A stretch of 64,000 nt of DNA, from positions 5,736 to 69,735 of the forward strand of contig JAUWZD010000003.1 of the NCBI GenBank assembly GCA_030615505.1, written 5' to 3'. A program made the translations under genes and the position numbers. Positions 31,633 through 41,145 of the stretch are shown here, in pieces. Source of the DNA: Spirochaetales bacterium (GTDB taxonomy: Bacteria > Spirochaetota > Spirochaetia > SZUA-6 > DRHE01). A model generated the notes under the pieces. The model did no database searches, was not told the DNA's origin, and saw only the letters and a program-made list of their open reading frames with translations. Position 1 is the stretch's first letter, and each line of letters opens with the position of its first letter.

Positions 31633-31706
31633 GGGCAATTAGCTCAGCTGGATAGAGCGCTGGCCTCCGGAGCCAGAGGCCGTGGGTTCGAATCCCGCAT
31701 TGCCCG
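31633..31706 (+). tRNA. tRNA-Arg (anticodon CCG)
   Basis: Hand-folded cloverleaf: acceptor GGGCAAT/ATTGCCC, D arm GCTC/GAGC, anticodon stem CTGGC/GCCAG with loop CT-CCG-GA, 5-nt variable loop, T arm GTGGG-TTCGAAT-CCCGC, discriminator G. No encoded CCA. Confidence 0.9.
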
Positions 31707-31833
31707 CTTAAATGTTTATGGTGGAAGGAATAAAAATATAGTTGATTTCTCCTGAATCATCTATTAGGCTTATTATGCCTAATGCTACCAAAACGCTACC
31801 TATTATTTTTCTATTTTATCGGGAGAAACAGCT

Positions 31834-33009
31834 ATGAAACGTGAATATACCATTTTCAAGCCCAAAAACCGTAAAACCTATCAGTATCGACTAGGAAATG
31901 ACCCTAAACGCATAGCAAGATCTACACATCAAACTACCCATGCTCGAGCCGACAAATGGGTTAGAGAACATCTGGAAAATTTTTTAAAACAAAAAAAAGA
32001 GAAAATTAATCCTACATTCAGAGATTATGCAGAGCCTTTTTATACCTGGGACGATTGTCCGCATGTTACTCGTTATCGAGCCGATGATAAGTCCATAACC
32101 ATCGATCACGTAAAAATTGCCCGCGGACGATTAGAAAACTATATCTTCCCCCATCCTATAGCCCAGAAGAAAATCAAGGATATCACTATTGACGATATAG
32201 AAAACTTCAAAATCGATCTCAGGACTAAACATGATCTATCCAAATCCTCAGTTAATCGGATAATGAGTGTATTGAAAGTCATTTTCAATGAAGCCTATCA
32301 TCGCAATCATATTCAATATAATCCTACACTAGGAGTCGGTATAATATCGGAATCCCCCAGAGAGCGAGATATCTTCACACCCCAAGAATTAATCATATTA
32401 TTTCCAGATAGAAGTCCAGGTCCTTGGCAGAATCATGAACTCTATACCTGTTTCCTAATCGCAGCAACTACCGGCATGTGTAGAAGTGAAATATTGGCCC
32501 TGCAGTGGAAGAGAATTGATTTTGACAAGCAAATTATTTGCGTAGAAATCGCCAAAAAAGTCTCAGAGATGGGAAATCCCAAATGGAATCGTTTCAGAGA
32601 ACCGCCTCTTACGCCACGTACCATGAAAGCAGTAAAAAAATTGTATGCGGAAGCTTCTTTCAAAGAACAGGAGGATTATCTTTTCAGTCAAATTGACCAC
32701 AATCCTAGGGGATTCACCTGGTGGCGGAAAAACTTCAATAAGACGATAGACAAATTAAGCTGGAATCGCACAAATCGCAACCTTACACCGCATAGTTTCA
32801 GGCATACGCTGATCACCTATTTGCGTTCAAGAGGCTACGACTTGGATCTCATACAGAAATTGATAGGCCACTCGGATGGCGATAGAAAAGAGAGAAGAAA
32901 AACCAAAGTAACCAATATATATACTCATTGGCAGCCAAAAGATATTCAGCAACTAATAAAGCCAATTGAAAGACTTTTCCAGGTAAATCAAATAAAAGAT
33001 AAAGAATAG
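31834..33009 (+). CDS. int: tyrosine-type site-specific integrase
   Basis: GMCRSEILALQW (Arg), TPHSFRHTLITYL (HxxR), LIGHS, and IYTH (Tyr nucleophile). Confidence 0.85.
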   Translation: MKREYTIFKPKNRKTYQYRLGNDPKRIARSTHQTTHARADKWVREHLENFLKQKKEKINPTFRDYAEPFYTWDDCPHVTRYRADDKSITIDHVKIARGRLENYIFPHPIAQKKIKDITIDDIENFKIDLRTKHDLSKSSVNRIMSVLKVIFNEAYHRNHIQYNPTLGVGIISESPRERDIFTPQELIILFPDRSPGPWQNHELYTCFLIAATTGMCRSEILALQWKRIDFDKQIICVEIAKKVSEMGNPKWNRFREPPLTPRTMKAVKKLYAEASFKEQEDYLFSQIDHNPRGFTWWRKNFNKTIDKLSWNRTNRNLTPHSFRHTLITYLRSRGYDLDLIQKLIGHSDGDRKERRKTKVTNIYTHWQPKDIQQLIKPIERLFQVNQIKDKE

Positions 33010-33018
33010 GAGAATAAC

Positions 33019-33867
33019 ATGGCAAGACAGAGGGCAATACAGAACATACCCCTTGAAACAACTAAAGAAGTTCTAGAGGCACCGACAGATCAATATTCAT
33101 TAGATTTCTATAATTCAGATAATCTGGCAGAGGTAGAAAATGGTATAAAAGATGTGCAAACAGGCATTCTCACATCTCATCTGGCAGTCTCATTGGGCAT
33201 TGCCAACATAGATAGAAAAGCCTTATATATTCAAGCAGGATATAAAACCTATACCAAATATTTTAAAGAGGCAGATATAAAGCTTAATATGCCGAAACAG
33301 ACAATCAGTGATTACAAAAAAATAGGTGAGGCTTATTTAAGAAACAGATCAGAATTAAAAAGGATAGGATTTCAGAGGGAGGGCAATCTGCACAAGCTAA
33401 GATTCTTAGATCAAGCCCTGCAAAAACATGATCCTGATGAAGTTTTTAAGAGGTTCAAATCTGAATCTTTTAGAAAATTCAAAGAATATGCTGAAGAGTC
33501 TGAACGTTCGGACTCTATCACAAGAGTACCCCAAGATTATACGATTAGCACCACAAAAGACAGGATTAGCCTAGACGGCAATCCTGTACTTTCTTTTGAC
33601 CCCGAACTTCCTGAGTTGGAGAGAAAGGGAGTTTCTGCCGCCGTCAGAGAATACTATCGTACATTCAAGAGAAATCTCAGAACCGTTGTTTTTGATGTGG
33701 ATTCTGAAGATGAAGAGAAAGAAACAACAAAATATCTCAAGAGAATCTTCAAAATCAAAGGGGACGGAGACACACCCTGTATACTGAGTGTTTATGATGA
33801 GGGAGAGGGAAAGGCGGTAAAACGGAAAGTTAGCATTTTCTTGAAAGAATATAGAGGCAGAAAGTAA
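33019..33867 (+). CDS. hypothetical prophage protein, possible HTH DNA-binding protein
   Basis: AGGAG lies 6 nt upstream, and it is co-oriented with int. MPKQTISDYKKIGEAY looks HTH-like, which is weak evidence. Confidence 0.45.
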   Translation: MARQRAIQNIPLETTKEVLEAPTDQYSLDFYNSDNLAEVENGIKDVQTGILTSHLAVSLGIANIDRKALYIQAGYKTYTKYFKEADIKLNMPKQTISDYKKIGEAYLRNRSELKRIGFQREGNLHKLRFLDQALQKHDPDEVFKRFKSESFRKFKEYAEESERSDSITRVPQDYTISTTKDRISLDGNPVLSFDPELPELERKGVSAAVREYYRTFKRNLRTVVFDVDSEDEEKETTKYLKRIFKIKGDGDTPCILSVYDEGEGKAVKRKVSIFLKEYRGRK

Positions 33868-33870
33868 GAA

Positions 33871-34275
33871 TTATTTGATAATCAGAATGCCTGATACTAG
33901 GCCGCCTACAAAGATTCCTACTCCGCCGAGTATATACCAGACAGGACTGATTTTGTTCTCAGGACGGAAGCCAACCTCTACATGCGGTTTGAGCTTGAAA
34001 GTATATGTTATGTGGTAAGGAGGCTCACCAACCATCAGATTTCCTTCACCTATATACTCAATCCTCAGATCGCCGTTTTTCAAGATTATGATATTTCTTT
34101 CGGGTAAATTGAAGACGACCTTTGATCGTGTAACTGCATACCCGAATCGGATCATTTCGTAAATTGCATATGGATTGTCCCTGTAGATTCTTTCTATAGC
34201 TTCATCTGTCGGTAGTTCGCCAAAAACAGGACTAATTAAAAAAAATGTAAATAAAATAAATATTAATCTTTTCAT
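33871..34275 (-). CDS. membrane-anchored/secreted small protein
   Basis: The ATG at 34275 follows GGAGG and overlaps the upstream HNH stop (ATGA). N-terminal signal helix plus C-terminal TM. Confidence 0.5.
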   Translation of the reverse strand: MKRLIFILFTFFLISPVFGELPTDEAIERIYRDNPYAIYEMIRFGYAVTRSKVVFNLPERNIIILKNGDLRIEYIGEGNLMVGEPPYHITYTFKLKPHVEVGFRPENKISPVWYILGGVGIFVGGLVSGILIIK

Positions 34276-34814
34276 ACCGCCTCCTTCCATCTTTCACCTC
34301 TAATAATAAAACAAATGTTTGTTTTAGTAACTCCAAACATTTTGGCAATCTCGCGATAAGAATATTTCCCTGTTTCATATAAACATCTTATTTCTCTTGC
34401 TTTGTCCATCGTTAACTTTACTATCCTTGAATTCCGTATATTTTCTATACGAGCCGCCCATCGACAGTTCTCTGGTTCATAATTGCCGTCATTATCAATC
34501 CGATCAATTTCATGCTTCGGGGATGGTCTTGACCCCATATCCTCTAAAAATGCTTTAAACGATTTTTTCCATCTCTGGCAGACAGTAATTCCTCGGCCGC
34601 CATAATACTTATATTCATTATTGTTAGGATTACTGCATCTATTTTTCATGTGAAACCATACTCCATACTCGGGCAGATCAGTCATTCCATGACGTTCTAT
34701 GATCGTGCAAAGAGGATCTCTATGTATATACCATCTTTGATAGTGTTTTGTGCAAAATCCTCTTGCAAAAGTTTTATTATCACATTCTGGTATTTTACAT
34801 AAATTCATGATCAC
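34272..34814 (-). CDS. free-standing HNH-family homing-endonuclease-like protein with C-terminal HTH
   Basis: N-terminal Cys cluster CKIPECDN...CTKHYQRW. YYGGRGITVCQRW...HEIDRIDNDGNYEPENCRWA. C-terminal SYREIAKMFGVTKTNI. Confidence 0.7.
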   Translation of the reverse strand: MIMNLCKIPECDNKTFARGFCTKHYQRWYIHRDPLCTIIERHGMTDLPEYGVWFHMKNRCSNPNNNEYKYYGGRGITVCQRWKKSFKAFLEDMGSRPSPKHEIDRIDNDGNYEPENCRWAARIENIRNSRIVKLTMDKAREIRCLYETGKYSYREIAKMFGVTKTNICFIIRGERWKEAV

Positions 34815-34820
34815 TCCAAA

Positions 34821-35207
34821 TTATTTTTTCTGATCAAAGATATCAAATATTTTCGACATTTTACTAGGTTTTACTATTACATCATAAATTTCTGTATGTT
34901 CAATTATTATCGTCTTCACATCGATATCCTGAACGCCCGGAGGAAGATCAATAACATCGCCGTTTTCTAGTTCTAATTTCGATTTATCTCTGAAAGGATT
35001 CTTGTTCGGTTTGATAGCCACTGCCTCGCCAACTACATTCCCCCCAGAATCCAGTATATTAGGCTTCTTTCCCGGTTTTTTTAGTCCTAAAATTGAAGCC
35101 AGAATTCCACCGATGTTAAACCTGAACAATACCAACCATCCGAGGAAAATAATTACAAGGATTGCAAGTATCCATTTAGCTACCGTTTTGATCATTTTTT
35201 TCCTCAT
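34821..35207 (-). CDS. membrane protein (lysis-cassette associated)
   Basis: N-terminal TM helices, then a soluble domain. Confidence 0.4.
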   Translation of the reverse strand: MRKKMIKTVAKWILAILVIIFLGWLVLFRFNIGGILASILGLKKPGKKPNILDSGGNVVGEAVAIKPNKNPFRDKSKLELENGDVIDLPPGVQDIDVKTIIIEHTEIYDVIVKPSKMSKIFDIFDQKK

Positions 35208-35514
35208 GGAAAAACTTAAAATCTTTTTCGCTTGGCATTGCTAGCTTCCCGGTCTGGTAGAGTATGCTCGCTGCCCCTGCATGAAGGATACCACCGATTA
35301 AGATTTTATTCCAGTGAATCAGATTGAAAGGACTATAAGCCAGACAGCCTGCTATAAATCCTAGGACTAAGACTGCTACTATATAAAATCCTCTTGCCAA
35401 AGGCTTTTTGAACAACCATTTTAGATTGCCCAATGTGTCCAGTCTGCGGACTACCAATAATAAGGCGATGATCGCCAATATTAATCCACCATTAATATTT
35501 GCAGCTAAATTCAT
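35176..35514 (-). CDS. holin-like membrane protein
   Basis: 112 aa with 3 predicted TM helices and a charged C-terminus, immediately downstream of the peptidase gene. Confidence 0.45.
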   Translation of the reverse strand: MNLAANINGGLILAIIALLLVVRRLDTLGNLKWLFKKPLARGFYIVAVLVLGFIAGCLAYSPFNLIHWNKILIGGILHAGAASILYQTGKLAMPSEKDFKFFHEEKNDQNGS

Positions 35515-36125
35515 AAGATCCTCCTCTTTTTATATTCTTCGGGCCATATATCTTTCGGGTCTGGCCTTAAATGATGTTTCAAGTATTCTCTTCTCCTATG
35601 GATTTCCATATGGATATGAGGACCCGTAGAATAGCCGGCATTTCCAGAATATGCAATCAGATCTCTTTGCATAACACGGATAGGGCAGACCCAGTTCATC
35701 CAGGAGAATATTGATCCATCTTTTTCCATTTCCTCCCTATAATTAAGTTCCATTTGCCGGAAAATGCCGTTAAAAATATCTTTCCCCTCAATATGAGCAA
35801 AAAGATAGGTATAACCACTTATTCCCTCCAGGATTACACATCCACCGAACATATCATAGAAGTAGTTACTGAAAGCAAACCATTTTTTATCATCCCAGTA
35901 AAGATTCCAGTAAAGATTGTGGTTTCTCTTCTTACCAAAACGTAATTGATAAAGGTAATAAAGTAAACCATCTTCAGGAGCGAAAATCTTCGTTCCTATT
36001 GGAACACTGAGGTCCCAAGCACCATGTACGTGAGTTCTTTTCCGAGGCGGTAAACTCAACGGCCGCATTTGATCGAAGTCGGAGCTTATTCTGCCTTCAA
36101 TCATTATGGGAAATAACCTTTTCAT
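35511..36125 (-). CDS. M23-family peptidoglycan peptidase (probable endolysin)
   Basis: HGAWD (HxxxD) and GPHIHMEIH (HxH) zinc motifs. Confidence 0.7.
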   Translation of the reverse strand: MKRLFPIMIEGRISSDFDQMRPLSLPPRKRTHVHGAWDLSVPIGTKIFAPEDGLLYYLYQLRFGKKRNHNLYWNLYWDDKKWFAFSNYFYDMFGGCVILEGISGYTYLFAHIEGKDIFNGIFRQMELNYREEMEKDGSIFSWMNWVCPIRVMQRDLIAYSGNAGYSTGPHIHMEIHRRREYLKHHLRPDPKDIWPEEYKKRRIL

Positions 36126-36126
36126 C

Positions 36127-36486
36127 TTAACCTCCTATCCATCCTAAAGCTACTCCCGCTAGCGCACAGTAGGCGACAGCGGTAACAATATAGAAAATAA
36201 ACATGAGCTTAAATCTCCAGTCTTTTTTCTTGGCATCCTGTTCCCTGCTTATTTTTTTAAAATTTTTATTTATCTCTTCCCTCTCTTTTTCACAATCATC
36301 ATGTTTAACATATTCAGGCAGGACAACTTCAACTCTTTCAATTCTTTTTTCCATTTTTCTGACAGTGGTAATTAGTCCAACACCATCATTAAGCTGACCT
36401 TCTATATTACCGATACGGTCTTTGATTTCACCTAGTTGATTGAGGATTTGAGTATTTTGTGTTAAGAGCTGTTGTTCCAGACTCAT
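36127..36486 (-). CDS. coiled-coil protein with C-terminal TM anchor (holin/spanin-like)
   Basis: Heptad-rich N-terminus. C-terminal FKLMFIFYIVTAVAYCALAGVALGWI. Confidence 0.4.
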   Translation of the reverse strand: MSLEQQLLTQNTQILNQLGEIKDRIGNIEGQLNDGVGLITTVRKMEKRIERVEVVLPEYVKHDDCEKEREEINKNFKKISREQDAKKKDWRFKLMFIFYIVTAVAYCALAGVALGWIGG

Positions 36487-36532
36487 AATGCTATTCTTTT
36501 ATAAAGTTTGACCAGTTTCAACTTCGTATAAA

Positions 36533-36694
36533 TTATTTAATTAATACTTTTCCAGACCATCTAATTGACAGTTTTCCAAACCACATCATAATTCGTCCCC
36601 CAGTAAACGGTATTTGGATAATCCAGCCTGATCGAACCGCCTCTTTGTGCTTACCACAACTATACAGCCAAGAAAAGAATTTAGCATATTTCAT
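36533..36694 (-). CDS. small ORF (53 aa) not in the supplied track
   Basis: The ATG at 36694 is preceded by AGGAGG with a 5-nt spacer that overlaps the upstream stop codon. Hand translation: MKYAKFFSWLYSCGKHKEAVRSGW...KVLIK*. Confidence 0.4.
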   Translation of the reverse strand: MKYAKFFSWLYSCGKHKEAVRSGWIIQIPFTGGRIMMWFGKLSIRWSGKVLIK

Positions 36695-36703
36695 AGTTTC
36701 CTC

Positions 36704-37012
36704 CTATTTTTTAAACATACTCCATATCAAAACACAGTCTCCAGTTCCATTATCAATAAAATATAAAGAACATTTTTCTCCAATACACTTTCTATGTCTA
36801 AATGGACATCTTTTTATAATTCGGTTGTATCCATATTTCAAATAATTTTGAATTACTTTAAATCCTTTTAAATATTCTACTAATTTACCTTCATTGGTTT
36901 TTACCATTATTACGGGTATTTCAACGTTATCATCATAAGTAATTGTTATATCTACTTTTGTTTTTTGTTTTTTTAGTTTTTTATAATCTCTATTTTTAGC
37001 CCTAATTTCCAT
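36704..37012 (-). CDS. hypothetical prophage protein
   Basis: 102-aa ORF downstream of the tail fibre gene. Confidence 0.45.
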   Translation of the reverse strand: MEIRAKNRDYKKLKKQKTKVDITITYDDNVEIPVIMVKTNEGKLVEYLKGFKVIQNYLKYGYNRIIKRCPFRHRKCIGEKCSLYFIDNGTGDCVLIWSMFKK

Positions 37013-37021
37013 AATCGACTC

Positions 37022-38407
37022 CTAAGCACATTTACGGATGTAAATTGCTGTGTAATTTGCTGATCTTAAATCCATAGCATTACCACCACCTTGTGCTGAT
37101 ATTGAATGTGCATGATTTCCAGTATAAGTACTTAATGTACCAATGTTTGATGCTTCAATCATACCACTTTGAACTATCCAGTTTTTATTTATAAATCTTT
37201 CAATAGCATAATAAGATCCACCTACCGGACCATAGTTTATATTATGGCTATGGCTTCCGCCGGTATGTGTGTGACTCACATTTTGATCACCCGTACTCCC
37301 ACCATGATTATGTGAGGGTAATTCATTTATAGTTATAGCATGACTATTATTTCCTCCAATACTTCCTGTCCCTGCAACAACTTTTCCCATCACAAATCTA
37401 TCAACCATATCAGGGCAGCCATGATCGGAATTTCCAGCGATACAAGCATACCAACCAAACATAGTAACGTTATCCTGCCAAGCTCCACTTGCTCCCCCTG
37501 GAGATCCCCCACCACTAGGCCTATTCGCATCAAACATTAAAATAGTACCAATAGGTAAATTAACTGCATCAGCTAACTTTTGAAGCATTGCTCTAATCTT
37601 AGTTGTAGCAGGATTATCCCCTACTGTCGTATTATTGATTGCCGTTCCTATCGGTATCAAATCTCCATCTACTTGTTCTGCTCCCGTTCCCCAGTCAACA
37701 TGTTGATCCTTAACAACATCATCTCCATGATCGCCGTCTTCTTTGTGTTTGGCCCTAAACTTTGTTTTTACATCCGATAAAGATTCCAGTCTGAAAGTAG
37801 CATCTGTTTCTGCAGTCCAATTTGCTGTCGTTTCTCCATCTTTACCCGCTGTGCAGTTTTTAATATCAGCATCCAGTATTGAAACATTCTCTCCAGCCTC
37901 AACAAATATTTCTGCCAGTTTAATCCAACCAGCCGTATGATTAGGCGCAACTCCAGCACCCTCAGTTCCCTGAATGACCTGAGCTTCCATTTCGTACCTT
38001 GCTTTTGTATCGAAATCTTGATAGCTAATGTCGCCAGTTGCAGGATCTTTGTAGGCCCGTTGCTGGGTATCAAATGTCGTTTCTTTATATCTCACTTCCA
38101 GGGTATCTAGTCTATCCTGTGCCCCTCCGTTTGCGATAGATACCGGTCCCAAAATCGAGCCTGCTTGGATGAACTTTCCAGAACTTTTTATAAAGGCTAA
38201 GATAGGGTCAATATCCACGTTCATAGACGGCGTAGACCGTTCTCTGACTGTACCGCCGCTTATAATCATATCCTTAGATGAAGGCTTCAATAGATATTCC
38301 AATAATGTGCTTAAATTCTCTATTTCTCTGGTTTCGCTATGAATAAAGTCTACATTCTTACTCATTTCATTTACATCGTATCTGCTTTTTAATATCTGAC
38401 CCATCAT
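37022..38407 (-). CDS. tail fibre protein with C-terminal tail-collar domain
   Basis: ELPSHNHGGSTGDQNVSHTHTGGSHSHN is the phage tail-collar/MdpB His motif. Distal position in the tail module. Confidence 0.65.
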   Translation of the reverse strand: MMGQILKSRYDVNEMSKNVDFIHSETREIENLSTLLEYLLKPSSKDMIISGGTVRERSTPSMNVDIDPILAFIKSSGKFIQAGSILGPVSIANGGAQDRLDTLEVRYKETTFDTQQRAYKDPATGDISYQDFDTKARYEMEAQVIQGTEGAGVAPNHTAGWIKLAEIFVEAGENVSILDADIKNCTAGKDGETTANWTAETDATFRLESLSDVKTKFRAKHKEDGDHGDDVVKDQHVDWGTGAEQVDGDLIPIGTAINNTTVGDNPATTKIRAMLQKLADAVNLPIGTILMFDANRPSGGGSPGGASGAWQDNVTMFGWYACIAGNSDHGCPDMVDRFVMGKVVAGTGSIGGNNSHAITINELPSHNHGGSTGDQNVSHTHTGGSHSHNINYGPVGGSYYAIERFINKNWIVQSGMIEASNIGTLSTYTGNHAHSISAQGGGNAMDLRSANYTAIYIRKCA

Positions 38408-38413
38408 ATCCTC

Positions 38414-40057
38414 CTATACAGTTCTACCGATAATTTCAAAATTAGACTTAGACCCAGCCTCCTTTATTTTCTTCAATATCTTTTCATAGATATCGGAAGG
38501 GAACCTTCCGCCGGGACCTCCTATAAAGTCATTGTCAAAAAACGAGGCATACTCAAGATTCCCAACATCTCCTTCAACGACTCTTATATCATCAATATTA
38601 AAGTATTCGTTTAAGGCTGCATCACTTTCAGCTTTTAATCTTAAGATTGCACCGGTTGCTCCGGTTCTAAGAGTTTTGAGAACCTTTACATATTGCCATT
38701 CGTCATAGGTTAACGCACAAACTTGTTCCTCTATCTCCCAGGAAGAAACATAATCATGTATCTGGATCTTGATTTCTGATCCCAAGATTCCTCCTGATGG
38801 TATTTTAATTCGTACTATAAATGAATACTGTTTTTCGGCCTCTAAGCCGTGTAAATCGGTTGTTAAGTTATTGTCTACTAAGTCTACTGTCGCTTCTGTG
38901 CCAGATACAATATTTTTCGTAAACTTGTAACTATAATCTCCCCAGTATTTTTCTGTTCCATCCCTAGCCCAGAGAGCATTAGAAAGCACAGGAGTAGTCT
39001 CATCGAAAATCATCGGAGAGGTGGTTTCCTCACATTCTCCCCTATCCGCTAGGTTATCATCCTCTCCCGCCCAGAAAGACATATACTCTCCACTCTGGCC
39101 TGCTGAAACTACCAATATTTTTATAGAAGGATAGGTTTTCCACAATCCGAACCTAATCCTGTCGATATAAAATTTATATGCCTGTCCCGAAGCACCTGCA
39201 TTGCTGATTTTCAGCGTTAGATTAGCCTGAGTATCGTTATTAACGTATATTCCAGAATAACCGTAATTTGTTCCATGTACGGGAAAAGTTTTGCTCGTAT
39301 CCCCAGCTTGCCAGGTGTTGGTTGAGAAATTGTAATAGTAACTATCAGTCGAACGCTGAATTCTAACTTTTACGATAGGATCGGTTACTACCTCATCATC
39401 CTTATGAAACAAACTTAGCTTATAATCCCCCACTGCTACACTGTTAATCGTCTGGCTTAATGAGGCTTCGCTGTTACTCGCATCTATACTGTATTCAGGA
39501 CACCGCGCATCCTGAAACATCTCGGTCGTACTAATGTTTATCACCGAACTTCCACTTACCTGCTTAGTCCAGTCATCAAAATCAGCCCCAGTTACTTCTT
39601 CAAAGTTGCCATTTAAGATTAAATCATCGCCGTCTTCTGTGTAATTTTCAATCACATAAATGTTTGCTGGATTAAAGAAATAGGAGAATACATCTTTAAA
39701 TGACCATTTTGTAGACCAGCGCTTATTTGCTTTTCTTCTTATCAAAGAAAAAAAGCGATTTCTTAAACCACTATCCTCTTCATCATAAATACGTTTCATA
39801 TTGATGAAAAACTTTATGATTTTTTCAAGGAAAATTGATTCAACAGCATCAACATCGACCGCATTGACAACATATTTTGTATATGCTCTTAAATACTCCA
39901 ACTCGTTCGCCAAAGCCCCGCAGGAAAAATCCGAGCTGCTTTCAATAGGGTCGTTGGGCGTGAAAATTTTTTTCCCCCAGATAGCTTCATATTCTTTCCC
40001 AGTTTTGTTAAGTGCTTGAGGCATTCTTTCATTTATTAATTCGATTATACTCTTCAC
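38414..40057 (-). CDS. baseplate/tail-fibre-associated protein
   Basis: Positioned directly after the baseplate J gene. The jelly-roll-like middle region (NGNFE...W) is a weak indicator. Confidence 0.4.
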   Translation of the reverse strand: MKSIIELINERMPQALNKTGKEYEAIWGKKIFTPNDPIESSSDFSCGALANELEYLRAYTKYVVNAVDVDAVESIFLEKIIKFFINMKRIYDEEDSGLRNRFFSLIRRKANKRWSTKWSFKDVFSYFFNPANIYVIENYTEDGDDLILNGNFEEVTGADFDDWTKQVSGSSVINISTTEMFQDARCPEYSIDASNSEASLSQTINSVAVGDYKLSLFHKDDEVVTDPIVKVRIQRSTDSYYYNFSTNTWQAGDTSKTFPVHGTNYGYSGIYVNNDTQANLTLKISNAGASGQAYKFYIDRIRFGLWKTYPSIKILVVSAGQSGEYMSFWAGEDDNLADRGECEETTSPMIFDETTPVLSNALWARDGTEKYWGDYSYKFTKNIVSGTEATVDLVDNNLTTDLHGLEAEKQYSFIVRIKIPSGGILGSEIKIQIHDYVSSWEIEEQVCALTYDEWQYVKVLKTLRTGATGAILRLKAESDAALNEYFNIDDIRVVEGDVGNLEYASFFDNDFIGGPGGRFPSDIYEKILKKIKEAGSKSNFEIIGRTV

Positions 40058-40065
40058 AGATTCTC

Positions 40066-41145
40066 CTATTCTGCAAATGTTATGGCAATAGTACCAGTAC
40101 GAGCAATCTGATTATCCCCAATATCCGTATTTCCCGTCGGTTGAGTGATTGAGATATCTAATATACCGTCTACACTCATTATGACTTTTCTTAATTTATT
40201 CAAAATTACATCTTCGCCAATATGAAGATTATTTATATAATTACAAATAGCCTGGTAAACATTATATTCGATTACTGTCTGTGAAAGCAAACCATCATCA
40301 GTAATTTCTACCGTAACGTTAATGGTCACTTTAGTCGGTGCTAAGACTCTAATGTTAATCCCCCCGCCTTTGCGGCCGGGTTTTTCTTCAGTTCCTTCGC
40401 CAATCAATACTTCTTCAACGGCATCAATAAGTTCTTGCGAAGCCTCACCTGCACCATCATCTATATATACAGTGAGATTATAACTGCTTGATGGAGGAAA
40501 ATGTTCTACTACCGATGCAGACTGGACACCCGTTACTTTTTTAGCCCCCGAAATTAATCCTGCATTATTTGATTTACCCAATCCTTCTATGAATTCTTGA
40601 AAGCGTTCTAGAAACTCAGCATCGCTTTCCTGATTCAGTCCACCACTAGTTGCAGAAGGATTATTGACCGTTTCAACTCCAGGTACAGGAGTATAAATCA
40701 CAGTTATCGTATTCGCAGGCACATTATAATCTCGACCTTCTTTTTCGGCTTGAATTGAAACAGAATTAGAATCGGTATTACCATCTTGTATGGTACCCAC
40801 CGAAGTAGTTAAATATTTTAAACCAGCAGGTGTACTGATAATCGTTCCTATCGGAATCGGTTTTTCTCCGCTAGTACCAGTTCTTGAGAAAATAACCGCA
40901 CCTGAAGCTTTCTGCCCACCCTTTTGAGGAAAATCAAAGGCATTAAACGGTACTTCAACTAAGCCCTTGTCAAATCCTACTCGTGTTTCAATATATAGAT
41001 TTTCCATAACTCTTGAGAAGGCTTCGCATTCACTTGTCAGAACAGCACCCTCATTGAAATCGGTAACTTTATCTTGATTGGCTATAATGTAGTTGAGTAT
41101 ATCATCCAATATAGTCGCGTATTGTTTAATTGCGAATGCCATCAA
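40066..41145 (-). CDS. baseplate J/gp47-family protein
   Basis: Length, position, and N-terminus ILDDILNYI...TDFNEGAVLTSECEA are typical of Baseplate_J. Confidence 0.6.
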   Translation of the reverse strand: MMAFAIKQYATILDDILNYIIANQDKVTDFNEGAVLTSECEAFSRVMENLYIETRVGFDKGLVEVPFNAFDFPQKGGQKASGAVIFSRTGTSGEKPIPIGTIISTPAGLKYLTTSVGTIQDGNTDSNSVSIQAEKEGRDYNVPANTITVIYTPVPGVETVNNPSATSGGLNQESDAEFLERFQEFIEGLGKSNNAGLISGAKKVTGVQSASVVEHFPPSSSYNLTVYIDDGAGEASQELIDAVEEVLIGEGTEEKPGRKGGGINIRVLAPTKVTINVTVEITDDGLLSQTVIEYNVYQAICNYINNLHIGEDVILNKLRKVIMSVDGILDISITQPTGNTDIGDNQIARTGTIAITFAE

